Shown here piece by piece: positions 8,177 to 16,591 of a stretch of DNA of 47,739 nucleotides (position 1 is its first letter; each line of letters starts with the position of its first letter). The notes beneath the pieces are model-generated. The model saw nothing but the letters and a program-made list of their open reading frames with translations. It searched no databases and was not told where the DNA came from. This stretch comes from a virus (lineage: Duplodnaviria; Caudoviricetes), in the IMG/VR virus record IMGVR_UViG_3300044983_000133, positions 1 through 47,739 of that record; one strand, written 5' to 3'. A program made the translations under genes and the position numbers.

Positions 8177-8506
8177 CTACCGTCGCCGTTCGAGTTCCGC
8201 GCGTTCGGCGGCATCCGCGTCCATCGCTTGCGCAATCGCTCGGAGGACGGACGGCCATCCGTACGACGCCGCGAACTCGTACATGGCGCCCTCGATGGTG
8301 TTGTGCGTGTCGGGGGCATGTGTCATGGCACACGGCACAGCCGCACACACGGCCGCCCACGGGAAGTGCGGATTGATGCAGGCGCGCAACATCTCGACGA
8401 ACGCCTGCCATCGCAACTCTTGGGCTTCTCGATCCAACCGATCGCGTTCGTCTTGTTCGGCCCAGGCTTCCCGATCGAGGCGTAGGGCCGTGCGTTCAGA
8501 AAACAT
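8177..8506 (-). CDS. hypothetical protein
   Basis: GGAGG RBS before ATG 8506. Confidence 0.65.
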   Translation of the reverse strand: MFSERTALRLDREAWAEQDERDRLDREAQELRWQAFVEMLRACINPHFPWAAVCAAVPCAMTHAPDTHNTIEGAMYEFAASYGWPSVLRAIAQAMDADAAERAELERRR

Positions 8507-8819
8507 CAGAGTCCTCCAAGCGTGTCTCCGTAGAGGCGTCGGTATTCCTCGATCCAACTCTGTGAATCTCAATCAGTTCCTCGACCAACTCGGTGTCGTC
8601 CTGCTTGATGCGCGCCCATGTCGTCCGCGCCGTGATCGGCCAGCCGGCCTGCACGAGTTCCAGGCAGAGCGTGGCAAGCTTCTCGTATCGGATAAACAGC
8701 TCTCTCCCGTCGCTCAGCACGCAGCCGTTCCACCAGACCTCGACCACACGCAGGACAGCGGGATCCGCGTCCAACGGGTTGGCCGCAGCAAGTACGCGCG
8801 GTAGTCGGCCAGTCGGCAT
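8496..8819 (-). CDS. hypothetical protein
   Basis: More protein-like than the overlapping frame 8569..8823; stop overlaps the next start. Confidence 0.5.
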   Translation of the reverse strand: MPTGRLPRVLAAANPLDADPAVLRVVEVWWNGCVLSDGRELFIRYEKLATLCLELVQAGWPITARTTWARIKQDDTELVEELIEIHRVGSRNTDASTETRLEDSDVF

Positions 8820-8825
8820 ACATGG

Positions 8826-9551
8826 TTAGAGCGGGATATCGTCGTCGGTCAGCGGCGCGTTGTGATCGTCATGTGGCGCCTCGTCGATGTAGTCGTCATC
8901 GTGCTCGGTGTCGGCTGGCGGTTCCGTCTGGTCGTTCGTGCGACGGCTGAAGTAGCTTTCCAGCCACGCTTGGAACTGCTTGTCGAGCGCGACGGCCTGC
9001 CGATTCGTGTCCTCCGACACGGCCTTGACTTCGAATGTGGGCATCCGAAAGACGATCCGGCCTTTCTTCCCTTCGGTGTAGCCCGTGATGTTCACCGCCG
9101 CGTCGTAGAGTTCGCTGCGATGCGCCTTCCGAAACTCCATCCACGACCCAAGCGCAGCACCCTTGAAGCGCAACGACCCGATCACCAGCCCGCCATTCTC
9201 TTTGAACGCGATGTAGCAGTTGGCGACGAACTGCCCGCCGAGCGTGTTGACGCGGTCTTTGATGGCCTTGTAGAGCCCTTCGGCCAGCGTCCCGCCCTTG
9301 AACGATTTCACGACCAGGAAGTCGGTGCGCGTGTCGCGGACTTCGTTCGAATAGATGCCGCTCTCTGACGCGTCATGCCAGCCGCGCACGCTTGCCAGTT
9401 CGTCGAGGAGCAGGAACGTAAATGGGATCGGCACGTCGACGTTCTGCCTCGCCTCTTTGTCGTAGTAGCGCACCTTGCCGTGCTCGCCGTTCCATTCGAA
9501 CCAGCGAACCGCAGGATTCGGCGCGTTGACGTTCGGGTTGCTACGGCTCAT
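8826..9551 (-). CDS. putative single-stranded DNA-binding protein
   Basis: Beta-rich aromatic core; acidic tail ending DDDIPL; upstream of replication genes. Confidence 0.7.
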   Translation of the reverse strand: MSRSNPNVNAPNPAVRWFEWNGEHGKVRYYDKEARQNVDVPIPFTFLLLDELASVRGWHDASESGIYSNEVRDTRTDFLVVKSFKGGTLAEGLYKAIKDRVNTLGGQFVANCYIAFKENGGLVIGSLRFKGAALGSWMEFRKAHRSELYDAAVNITGYTEGKKGRIVFRMPTFEVKAVSEDTNRQAVALDKQFQAWLESYFSRRTNDQTEPPADTEHDDDYIDEAPHDDHNAPLTDDDIPL

Positions 9552-9868
9552 CGGTCGCGCTCCGCTTGAATGCTGCAGATCGGATCGTCACAGTAGGTGT
9601 CGCCTGGACGGACGTAGCGGCCACAGCCCATCAGGCACTTCGCGGGTTCGCGGTCTCTCAAGAACTCGGCGAGGTCCATCACCCACAGGTGTTGCTCGGC
9701 GGCGGACAAGGCGCCCCAGGAGCGGGTGTCGTGCTGATAGAGCTGTTGGTGGTGACAGAACGCCGCCACAGCAAGCTGCCCAGCATGCGCGTTCAACCGC
9801 AGATTCGGCGTCTCGCCGGATGTTGGTGTCTCGGTCTTCGGCGGGAGGTCAACGAGTTTCAGTGTCAT
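9548..9868 (-). CDS. hypothetical protein, Cys-rich C-terminus
   Basis: ATGA overlaps at both ends. Confidence 0.65.
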   Translation of the reverse strand: MTLKLVDLPPKTETPTSGETPNLRLNAHAGQLAVAAFCHHQQLYQHDTRSWGALSAAEQHLWVMDLAEFLRDREPAKCLMGCGRYVRPGDTYCDDPICSIQAERDR

Positions 9869-10182
9869 GACTCTGGCTCCGTATCGACGGGAACGTTCGC
9901 GTCAATCCAGTCCGCGAGTTCAGCGAACGACCAAGGGACCGGAAACCCCTGATACTCAATGCCGTCGTTTCTGTTCGCCAACTGGCTTTGCATCCCATGC
10001 GGCAACAGGTCGTCAGGAGCGAATAGCGCGCCTGGATTCGAAAGCACTTCGCGTCCAGCAACGACACAGAGCACACCGAGACAGCAATAGGAACGGCCAT
10101 CTTTCGTCAGTTGGCCGGTGGCTTTTTTGTATGCACCACTTCGCAGCGCCGCGATCCACTTCGCTTTCAAGTCAGCGGTCAC
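9865..10182 (-). CDS. conserved phage hypothetical protein
   Basis: KWIAALRSG.Y....G.L...CCLGVLC...ND...SF.ELADWI motif recalled from phage proteins. Confidence 0.75.
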   Translation of the reverse strand: MTADLKAKWIAALRSGAYKKATGQLTKDGRSYCCLGVLCVVAGREVLSNPGALFAPDDLLPHGMQSQLANRNDGIEYQGFPVPWSFAELADWIDANVPVDTEPES

Positions 10183-10400
10183 AGCTGTGTCCTCACCAAC
10201 GCCAGCACGGAGGCGACCAACCGCTGCGCCAGTTCCTGGCGTTTGATCGCCGTCATCGTGCTGTGCTTGGCGCGAATCTCGTGATACTCCAGATGCTCGT
10301 AGACCAAGTGCTCGGCCTCCGCGATCTCGATCGCGCGCCGATTCCTCACACGGACCGGCTGGATCTGATTCGGTGTCGACGCGAGCGCAAGACTGGCCAT
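10179..10400 (-). CDS. hypothetical protein
   Basis: AAGGAGA RBS before ATG 10400. Confidence 0.65.
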   Translation of the reverse strand: MASLALASTPNQIQPVRVRNRRAIEIAEAEHLVYEHLEYHEIRAKHSTMTAIKRQELAQRLVASVLALVRTQL

Positions 10401-10410
10401 GACGCTCTCC

Positions 10411-10677
10411 TTAAATGCAGACCCAAAAATATTGGAGCCACCAGGGGTCGCACCCAATGCAGGCGCCACAGACCACCTGGGATGCCACGGCGCGAATGAC
10501 CAGGAAGAACAAGGCGGCGGCGACGGCGGCGCCCACCCACGCTCGCCTGAGACGCCAGCGCGGTTCGGTGGAGACCAACCATGTCAGCATCCCGCTCGCG
10601 CCGACACCAAGGACCAGCAACGACCCGACGAGCCCCAGCGGAAAACTCGGATTGGGCTGAAACGCAATCGCAATCAT
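10411..10677 (-). CDS. two-TM membrane protein with a Cys/Trp-rich tail
   Basis: TAATG overlap; two hydrophobic spans; CGACIGCDPWWLQYFWVC. Confidence 0.7.
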   Translation of the reverse strand: MIAIAFQPNPSFPLGLVGSLLVLGVGASGMLTWLVSTEPRWRLRRAWVGAAVAAALFFLVIRAVASQVVCGACIGCDPWWLQYFWVCI

Positions 10678-11024
10678 TAGGCTCTCCGTTTCTCGATGAA
10701 GGATTCCTCGTCGGCGCGCGCTTCGACGGTTTCGCGCAGTTCCTTCCAGGACATCTCTGCGATGACCTGTTCCAAGAGCGGCCCGAACTGCCACCAGAAC
10801 GGCCGACCCGCGCGCGCCAACCGTGAGATCGTCGGGAGGCTGCTCCCCGGCTCGTTCCGTAGCGCCTTGCCGAGATTCGAGGCACTCGGATAGCCCAATA
10901 CATTGGCGAGCTGATTCAAGTTCCACGAACAGCGCACGGCCGCTTGCCAGATGGCGCTCGCCAACTTCTGATTCCATTCCCGATCGCGCTCAGTGGGCGC
11001 AGTGAACGTCGCGAACAACAACAT
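10677..11024 (-). CDS. HTH transcriptional regulator (CII-like position)
   Basis: NLNQLANVLGYPSASNLGKALR HTH pattern; early operon position. Confidence 0.6.
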   Translation of the reverse strand: MLLFATFTAPTERDREWNQKLASAIWQAAVRCSWNLNQLANVLGYPSASNLGKALRNEPGSSLPTISRLARAGRPFWWQFGPLLEQVIAEMSWKELRETVEARADEESFIEKRRA

Positions 11025-11085
11025 GGCTATGCACCCATCATCGGTGTAGGTGTTGGACCTACACGTTCACTAGAGTCTCTCGCCT

Positions 11086-11268
11086 ATGGACCACATCCGA
11101 CGGACGGCTGCTGACACCTTGAAAGAGTCCCTGGATTCCTTCCGGTTCAAGCGCCAGTCCGAACCGCGTCAGGAAGTCCGACTGGCCGCTCTCGTCTGCC
11201 ATCTCGCCGTGGAACTGTCGCGGCTCCAAGATCGCGTGCATCAGCTCGAAGAGGACCGCGACGCGTGA
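11086..11268 (+). CDS. small helical/coiled-coil protein, antisense to the early operon
   Basis: TAGAGT -10 at 11071-11076 with ATG 9 nt downstream; heptad-like C-terminus. Confidence 0.5.
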   Translation: MDHIRRTAADTLKESLDSFRFKRQSEPRQEVRLAALVCHLAVELSRLQDRVHQLEEDRDA

Positions 11269-11273
11269 GCGCA

Positions 11274-11603
11274 TCATGCGCGACCTTCCGCTTTCGCGAT
11301 GGCGGTGGTCGCATCACGACAACTTTCGACATGGTGCGATTCGCCGCAATACTCGCTACACACGTCGATCTGAGCCTTCTTCAGCGCGGCGAGCAGCTCA
11401 GGCGCAGCAGCGATCAGACGCGCGGTGGAAACGTCGGACGCCTTGCCGTATCCGAAGTCCAGTTTGCAGACATGCTCGCGAGCCGGACCCAAAACGGTTG
11501 CGACGTAGATGGACGCCTCACCGTGCGGCATTTTCACTTCGCGCACTTCTGGCAACCGACCGCTCACTGTGTTCAACTTCCACGGTCCTGGTGTATGCGC
11601 CAT
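11274..11603 (-). CDS. conserved phage protein (HTPGPW...ARLIAAAPELL family)
   Basis: Characteristic N- and C-terminal motifs; AAGGTG RBS. Confidence 0.8.
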   Translation of the reverse strand: MAHTPGPWKLNTVSGRLPEVREVKMPHGEASIYVATVLGPAREHVCKLDFGYGKASDVSTARLIAAAPELLAALKKAQIDVCSEYCGESHHVESCRDATTAIAKAEGRA

Positions 11604-11606
11604 TGC

Positions 11607-11936
11607 TCACTTCACCTTCTCGCCACGCGGCGGATCGGGCAACGGCAATGGGGCGAAGTCCATCCAATGCGTCAGCGAATGCAAACGGCCACTGCTGTTG
11701 TGCCACTTACCGCGAACCTTCTTTCCGAATACCGGTCTGTCTCTCGGATACAGCGTCGAGTAGACGAGCACGTAGATTCCCTCTGGCGCGGTTTCAATCG
11801 GCTGCCACCCTGTACGCTGTCGCAGCGCGTTCAACAACCGCTCGATGTCTGGACACCCATAAGGCGGCTTACCGATTACGGCATCCGGTCCGGTCAACAG
11901 CGGATCAAGCCACGTCATCGGAATAGGGTCCGCCAT
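11607..11936 (-). CDS. DUF551-like protein
   Basis: WQPIETAP...VLVY...THWM...LPDPP. Confidence 0.8.
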   Translation of the reverse strand: MADPIPMTWLDPLLTGPDAVIGKPPYGCPDIERLLNALRQRTGWQPIETAPEGIYVLVYSTLYPRDRPVFGKKVRGKWHNSSGRLHSLTHWMDFAPLPLPDPPRGEKVK

Positions 11937-12191
11937 CTACTTGACTCGCTCGCCCCGCAGATAGGCCGCCACCTTGACGCCGCTCCACTTCTTCCGCTTC
12001 GACAACTGGGGCTTGAATTCCAAATCCTTGAAGCGACCCAGCTTGTTCAACTTGTAGAAGTAGGACCGGCTGACACGAAACGCCCGCAGCATGTCGGGCA
12101 CGTTCATCACGGTCGGTAAGTCGATCGGTTGGACCACGGGGGCATCGGAAACGCTCGCGACCATCGGCGCGGCCACGTCTGTAGGACTCAT
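11937..12191 (-). CDS. AlpA/excisionase-like HTH protein (Cro position)
   Basis: MNVPDM...FRVSRSYFYKL.K.GRF...W....V..YL; first gene divergent from the repressor. Confidence 0.75.
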   Translation of the reverse strand: MSPTDVAAPMVASVSDAPVVQPIDLPTVMNVPDMLRAFRVSRSYFYKLNKLGRFKDLEFKPQLSKRKKWSGVKVAAYLRGERVK

Positions 12192-12199
12192 AGCGCAAG

Positions 12200-12228
12200 A
12201 ATATAGGATTGAGTGACACGAATGTCAA
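12200..12228 (-). promoter_or_regulatory. early lytic promoter, leaderless, with an overlapping inverted-repeat operator
   Basis: TTGACA-17bp-TATATT, with ATG 8 nt downstream and no RBS; TGACA-CGAA-TGTCA at 12214-12227. Confidence 0.85.
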
Positions 12229-12309
12229 GCCGAAAGTGTTGTTTTGGAGACGATTTCGCTATCGGACTCAGCGCAACGGACTTACGGCTGATCTAGACTC
12301 GCCGCCACG

Positions 12310-12870
12310 ATGGATTGGTTACGCGTGCGACGCAAGTTGAGTCAACTGCGACTTGCGCAACGACGAGATCGAGATGGCCGTTCCTGGAGTCTCGATGATT
12401 TGGCGAAAGCCAGCGGGATTGACAAGTCCGCGATCCATCGGACGGAAAACACGAAGCGGTATCCAGCCTATCGTCCAGATTTGGAAACGATCGAACGCTG
12501 GGTGAAAGCCACGACAGGCGAACATTTGTCTGCCTTCTTCGCGTCTTTCGAATCCGAATCGTCGGATGCGACAAAAAATCGGACAACCGGTATCGATTTG
12601 CCGTTGAATTCCCGCGACACTCCGTTACACAATCCGCCGTCGACGATCAACCACCACTCAGAGGCGGCGGCGCATGGTGCTCTCCTTCCAACGACGACCA
12701 TTGCCCTCCTTGAAAGTGTCGTCCTCGCCTCTGTCGAACGGGTCGTCACCGCCCTCGACCGACTTGGCGAACGATTGGCACCGCGTGACGAGCAAGTTAC
12801 AACTCGTAGCCCTCAGGCGCCCCATCATCGCCGGCGTGATCGTGTCCAGCGTGGAAACACTGCTCGATAA
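12310..12870 (+). CDS. XRE-family phage repressor (no S24 autopeptidase domain)
   Basis: WSLDDLAKASGIDKSAIHRTEN...PDLETIER HTH; TAGACT -10 at 12294-12299; divergent from lytic genes. Confidence 0.85.
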   Translation: MDWLRVRRKLSQLRLAQRRDRDGRSWSLDDLAKASGIDKSAIHRTENTKRYPAYRPDLETIERWVKATTGEHLSAFFASFESESSDATKNRTTGIDLPLNSRDTPLHNPPSTINHHSEAAAHGALLPTTTIALLESVVLASVERVVTALDRLGERLAPRDEQVTTRSPQAPHHRRRDRVQRGNTAR

Positions 12871-12883
12871 CCTCCTCCAGTGA
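12674..12883 (+). CDS. small protein overlapping the repressor 3' half and coupled to the integrase
   Basis: GAGG before the ATG; stop overlaps the integrase start (GTGA); helical C-terminal half. Confidence 0.55.
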   Translation: MVLSFQRRPLPSLKVSSSPLSNGSSPPSTDLANDWHRVTSKLQLVALRRPIIAGVIVSSVETLLDNLLQ

Positions 12884-14022
12884 GACACGGCCGCCGAGAG
12901 ACGATCGAGCGGGGCATCTACAAAGATGCCGGCGGGTATGAAGTCGTCGCCCGCGCTGGCGCGTTGCGCCGAAGCCAACGGTTCCCGTTGCGCACCAGCC
13001 TACAGACGTTGCGCGGCTGGCGCGACCTAACCACGTCAGACTTGCGCGACGAGCGCCAGCCCACCGCAGACGCATCCACGCTGGCCGGTGCGATCGACTC
13101 GTTCATCGCGAAAACGAAGCTGCCGAAACGTGCGGGGATTCGCCCGAGTCTCCACGCCTGGGCGCGCGAATATGGCGAGCTGCCGCGGCGGAAGATCACC
13201 GCCGCACAGTGTCAGCAAGCGCTTGAACGCTGGCGCCACGCCGGCTACTCTCCACAGTCGCTCTACTACCGTCGATTGGCGCTCGATCGCCTGTGGAAGA
13301 CGCTGGATGGGCCAACTGTCAAAACCCCCGTCGATGACATCCACATTGCCCGCCCGCGCGTGCAGCGGCCCGCCTGGGTGCCTGACGACGTGATTCTCAG
13401 CGTGCTGATGGAACTGAGGCGGAAGGAATTGGCTGGCGGGAAGCTCCGACGCTCCGCGAAGACCCGCGCGCGGTTTCTGGTGCTCGCGACAACCGGTCAA
13501 CGGCCCGCGCAGCTGAAGCGCGCCGAGCGGTCAGATGTGGATCTTGAGCGCGGGATCTGGTGGGTGCGACCGGCGAAGGGCGGGCACGCCGTGCCGTTGC
13601 ATCTGAACTCAGAAATGCTCGACGCCTGGAAAGCGTTCGTCGCCGCTGACGCTTGGGGGTATTACGATACGCGGAGCTTCGCGCGGACCCTGCGCGCCTC
13701 AGGTTGGCCGAAAGGGATCCGCCCCTACAATCTACGTCACGCCACCGGCCTCACGTTGAGCGCGCGCGGCGCCGAACTCGGAGACATCCAAATGCACCTT
13801 GGGCACACGTCGATCGCGACGACACGGCAGTTCTATGTGCCAGGGTTGGACGAGCGCATGAAGGCGACGAGCGCCGCACTGGAAGGCCGGTTCCGCGACC
13901 GTGCCACGCACCCCGTGCCACGATCAGTAGGAGACGCCATCAGATTCCCCGGGAACGCACGGGTTGATTCGAAGCACATTCACATCGCGTCCGACGGGCC
14001 ACGAAAGCGACGCGGCGCGTAG
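12880..14022 (+). CDS. int: tyrosine integrase
   Basis: TGQRPAQL (R), AKGG (K), YNLRH, LGH..I.TT..FY catalytic motifs; adjacent to attP. Confidence 0.93.
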   Translation: MRHGRRETIERGIYKDAGGYEVVARAGALRRSQRFPLRTSLQTLRGWRDLTTSDLRDERQPTADASTLAGAIDSFIAKTKLPKRAGIRPSLHAWAREYGELPRRKITAAQCQQALERWRHAGYSPQSLYYRRLALDRLWKTLDGPTVKTPVDDIHIARPRVQRPAWVPDDVILSVLMELRRKELAGGKLRRSAKTRARFLVLATTGQRPAQLKRAERSDVDLERGIWWVRPAKGGHAVPLHLNSEMLDAWKAFVAADAWGYYDTRSFARTLRASGWPKGIRPYNLRHATGLTLSARGAELGDIQMHLGHTSIATTRQFYVPGLDERMKATSAALEGRFRDRATHPVPRSVGDAIRFPGNARVDSKHIHIASDGPRKRRGA

Positions 14023-14154
14023 AATCAATCACTTACGGCGTTGACGCGAATCCGACGACACCTGATTCGTAATCAGCAGGTCATCGGTTCAAGTCCGATC
14101 GCCGGCTCCAGATTTCACGAGTTTCCCAGCGTGCCACGATCCGGTGCCACGATC
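13901..14154. repeat. integrase arm-type sites and IHF box of attP
   Basis: GTGCCACG(ATC) at 13901, 13915, 14131 and 14144; AATCAATCACTTA at 14023-14035 matches WATCAANNNNTTR. Confidence 0.8.
14062..14110 (+). other. attP core: 3' part of tRNA-Thr(CGT)
   Basis: CTGA-TTCGTAA-TCAG anticodon arm, ATCGG-TTCAAGT-CCGAT T arm, ends CCA; no D arm or 5' acceptor strand upstream. Confidence 0.9.
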
Positions 14155-14258
14155 GAACGGGGTCAGGCGGCACCAGCGTCCCACACCGGGGCAGCATGGG
14201 TTCCCAGCAGTCGGCCCGCCTGAGCCCCGCTCTACTCTGTGCTAGACTGCGACCCATC

Positions 14259-14465
14259 ATGAAGTCTGACACTACGAATTGGGACGAGCGGGTGCTCATT
14301 GCCGGCGTCCCGTTCATGGTCATTTTGAGCGCGGTCATACTGCTCGGTCCTGATCGCGTGCGCGGCTGGATGTTCGTCACGCTCGTGGTGAGTTGCCTTC
14401 CTGTCTTGTTCTTCGCTGCAATGGAAGAGCGCGAGAAACGAAAGCGACAACATCCGCCAGCATAG
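14259..14465 (+). CDS. two-TM membrane protein next to attP (candidate lysogenic conversion/exclusion)
   Basis: TGnTAGACT extended -10 at 14240-14248; two hydrophobic spans; basic tail. Confidence 0.65.
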   Translation: MKSDTTNWDERVLIAGVPFMVILSAVILLGPDRVRGWMFVTLVVSCLPVLFFAAMEEREKRKRQHPPA

Positions 14466-14541
14466 CCTCGCCGCGGTCCACCTCAAGTAGTCGCTACCGT
14501 TCCACATTCCCACTGAGCGTCCCTGACGCGACCCACCTGCA

Positions 14542-16353
14542 TCAGCGACGAAATCTGCGACGACCGCCAATCGCTTCCACAATCGGTGATCCCGTCAGCG
14601 TGGTGGCGGTCGCCATGAGCACCGCGCCGATGTTCGCTCCCAGATCCGCATGATCGATGCCCGCGAGCGCGTACGGACTCTCAGGTAGCAGTGCGAAGTT
14701 CGCGTTCACGCCATCGACCGCGTAAGCGGTGAATTGGGCTTCCCAGGTGGCATCTGAGGGATACTGATTGTCCGTGGGATAGTCACCCGATGAGACATTC
14801 GAGAGCGCGTTCTTGCGGAAGACGTAGCCAGGCGCCGCCGCCGCGAGCCCCGCCGTGCCTTGCCCTCCCGAGCAGATGATCCCGTAGGTTTCGCCGCGGA
14901 CCAGATTGTTCGTAAAGACGAACCCTGATAACAACGCCACGGTGTCATCAAGCTGCAGTGCGCCCCCGGCGGTTCCCGTCGTCACATGCACGATGGTGTT
15001 GTGGTCGATCGTGCAGTTGACGACCCCCTCAGTCACGACGAACGCAAACGTCTGCCCACCTTGCCGCCACGGATCAGTTCCAGAGTCGTACACCAGGTTG
15101 TTGCGAATCGTGATGTTGGTCAGGGGACCGGGGCGTCCGCCGTTTTCGGCTTCAATGCCGTGCAGTTCAAAGGCGCCGTAGCAGTGGCGGATGATGTTCT
15201 TCTCGATGACGATGTTCTTGGTCTGGAGGTAGGGGGCGGTCCCGTCCTGATCGACCGTCTTGATCCAGATCGCCGCCGGGGCATCGTCGCCGCCGCGCCA
15301 ATGGTTCTCGAAAATATTGCTATCGATCTGCGCGTTGACGCAGGCTTTCAACTCGAGCAGGTTCTTAATGATCCACGCCTCATTAATCCAGGCCGGATCG
15401 TTCTTCACATGGTTGTAGCGAAAGAGTAGGCCGTCGAGGATACACCCCGCCTTGATCGTGTTCGTGCCGACATCGGGCGCGGCGGAGAGCGCGGTAAAAC
15501 CAATCGTGCCCGACGCGCCGTTCCCGCTCTTGCTGGTGAGCGTCGTCTGCTTCCAGACCCCGCCCACCAGACACGCGATCGTCTGTCCGACCGCGATCTC
15601 GGCCAGCGTATGACTCGCCTCCGAACACGTCACCGTGGCCGACGTCGTCGTCGGACTGCCCGTCACCGTCAGGTAGGTGCGGATACTCGGATCGGACCCC
15701 CCCAACAGGAACGGTTCGGTCCCGGCGCTCAGGTAGTTGTTCGTGACGGTCAGTGGGCCGTGGCCGTTCCACCCGGCGATGCACTGACTGTCGCCTTCCC
15801 CCGCGCCGGTCGACTTGATGTCCGCGAAATAGTTGTTCGTGATGACGATCCGCTTCCCCGCCGTGTGAATCGCCCGCTTCTGCCCTAGGGTCGCGCTGCC
15901 GTGGATGTAGCACTGGTCGATCGTGATATCCGTCGGCTCGTCGCTCTCAAATTGCTGCGTCGAGTCTGCGTAGCCGATGGAGATGATCTGGTTGATGCCG
16001 CCCGGTACCTCGGGGAAGTGAATGTGCCGGAACGTGTAGTGATTCGCCCCCACCTCCACCTGGACGGCCGGTGCCCCCACACCCGGCGACTGAATCGTCG
16101 GCATGAACGCCACATACGCCGGACTCGTCCGCTGCCCGACCGCCGGCAGATTCGCCGCCGACGCCGACGACGTCAGCGTGATGGCACTGCCCAGGACACC
16201 CTTGTCCGGACACGTCAGCGACTCTGGATACACTCCGTTGGGGCCTGTGCCGCCGCCTGGGTCAATCGCAATCGTGTCCCCGCTCACCGCGGCGTTAATC
16301 GCCGCCTGGACCGTGCTATAGGTCTTACCTGTCCCAACCGTGCGAATCGCCAC
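14542..16353 (-). CDS. right-handed beta-helix (pectin lyase-like) protein, candidate tailspike/depolymerase
   Basis: STVQAAINAA..GDTI cap; repeated I.NN / I..N.I turns; GGAGG RBS. Confidence 0.8.
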   Translation of the reverse strand: MAIRTVGTGKTYSTVQAAINAAVSGDTIAIDPGGGTGPNGVYPESLTCPDKGVLGSAITLTSSASAANLPAVGQRTSPAYVAFMPTIQSPGVGAPAVQVEVGANHYTFRHIHFPEVPGGINQIISIGYADSTQQFESDEPTDITIDQCYIHGSATLGQKRAIHTAGKRIVITNNYFADIKSTGAGEGDSQCIAGWNGHGPLTVTNNYLSAGTEPFLLGGSDPSIRTYLTVTGSPTTTSATVTCSEASHTLAEIAVGQTIACLVGGVWKQTTLTSKSGNGASGTIGFTALSAAPDVGTNTIKAGCILDGLLFRYNHVKNDPAWINEAWIIKNLLELKACVNAQIDSNIFENHWRGGDDAPAAIWIKTVDQDGTAPYLQTKNIVIEKNIIRHCYGAFELHGIEAENGGRPGPLTNITIRNNLVYDSGTDPWRQGGQTFAFVVTEGVVNCTIDHNTIVHVTTGTAGGALQLDDTVALLSGFVFTNNLVRGETYGIICSGGQGTAGLAAAAPGYVFRKNALSNVSSGDYPTDNQYPSDATWEAQFTAYAVDGVNANFALLPESPYALAGIDHADLGANIGAVLMATATTLTGSPIVEAIGGRRRFRR

Positions 16354-16384
16354 GTCTAGGTCTCGCCCTCCTTTCGACGATGTG

Positions 16385-16591
16385 TCAGCGAATCCTGGGA
16401 ATCTGCGGATCGTGGCCGAACAGCCCCAGTGCGCGCGCGAGCGACCAGAGGATGATCACGACCGCCAAGACCCACAACCCGCGATCAATGATCGAGGGAT
16501 GGGTCGGGGCCAAGTAGCCGATCACCCAAATAACGGCCGCGACCGCAAGCACCACGATGACGGCGATCCACAAAAATTCAAAGAGTCCCAT
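16385..16591 (-). CDS. small two-TM membrane protein (Thivi_2564-like, possible holin-type)
   Basis: TAATG overlap; two strongly hydrophobic helices; IPRIR tail. Confidence 0.7.
   Translation of the reverse strand: MGLFEFLWIAVIVVLAVAAVIWVIGYLAPTHPSIIDRGLWVLAVVIILWSLARALGLFGHDPQIPRIR

Noticed and set aside
8569-8823. Alternative Cys-rich ORF (MYADW...)
   Set aside because: Overlaps 8496..8819 in another frame and is Arg/Gly-rich; the other frame couples better to the RBS-bearing next gene. Not fully excluded
11059-11277. Minus-strand 72-aa ORF
   Set aside because: Reads like the antisense shadow of the plus-strand ORF that has a promoter; its ATGA overlap leaves some doubt
14035-14110. Complete tRNA-Thr gene
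   Set aside because: No D arm or 5' acceptor strand upstream of 14062; it is the attP core only
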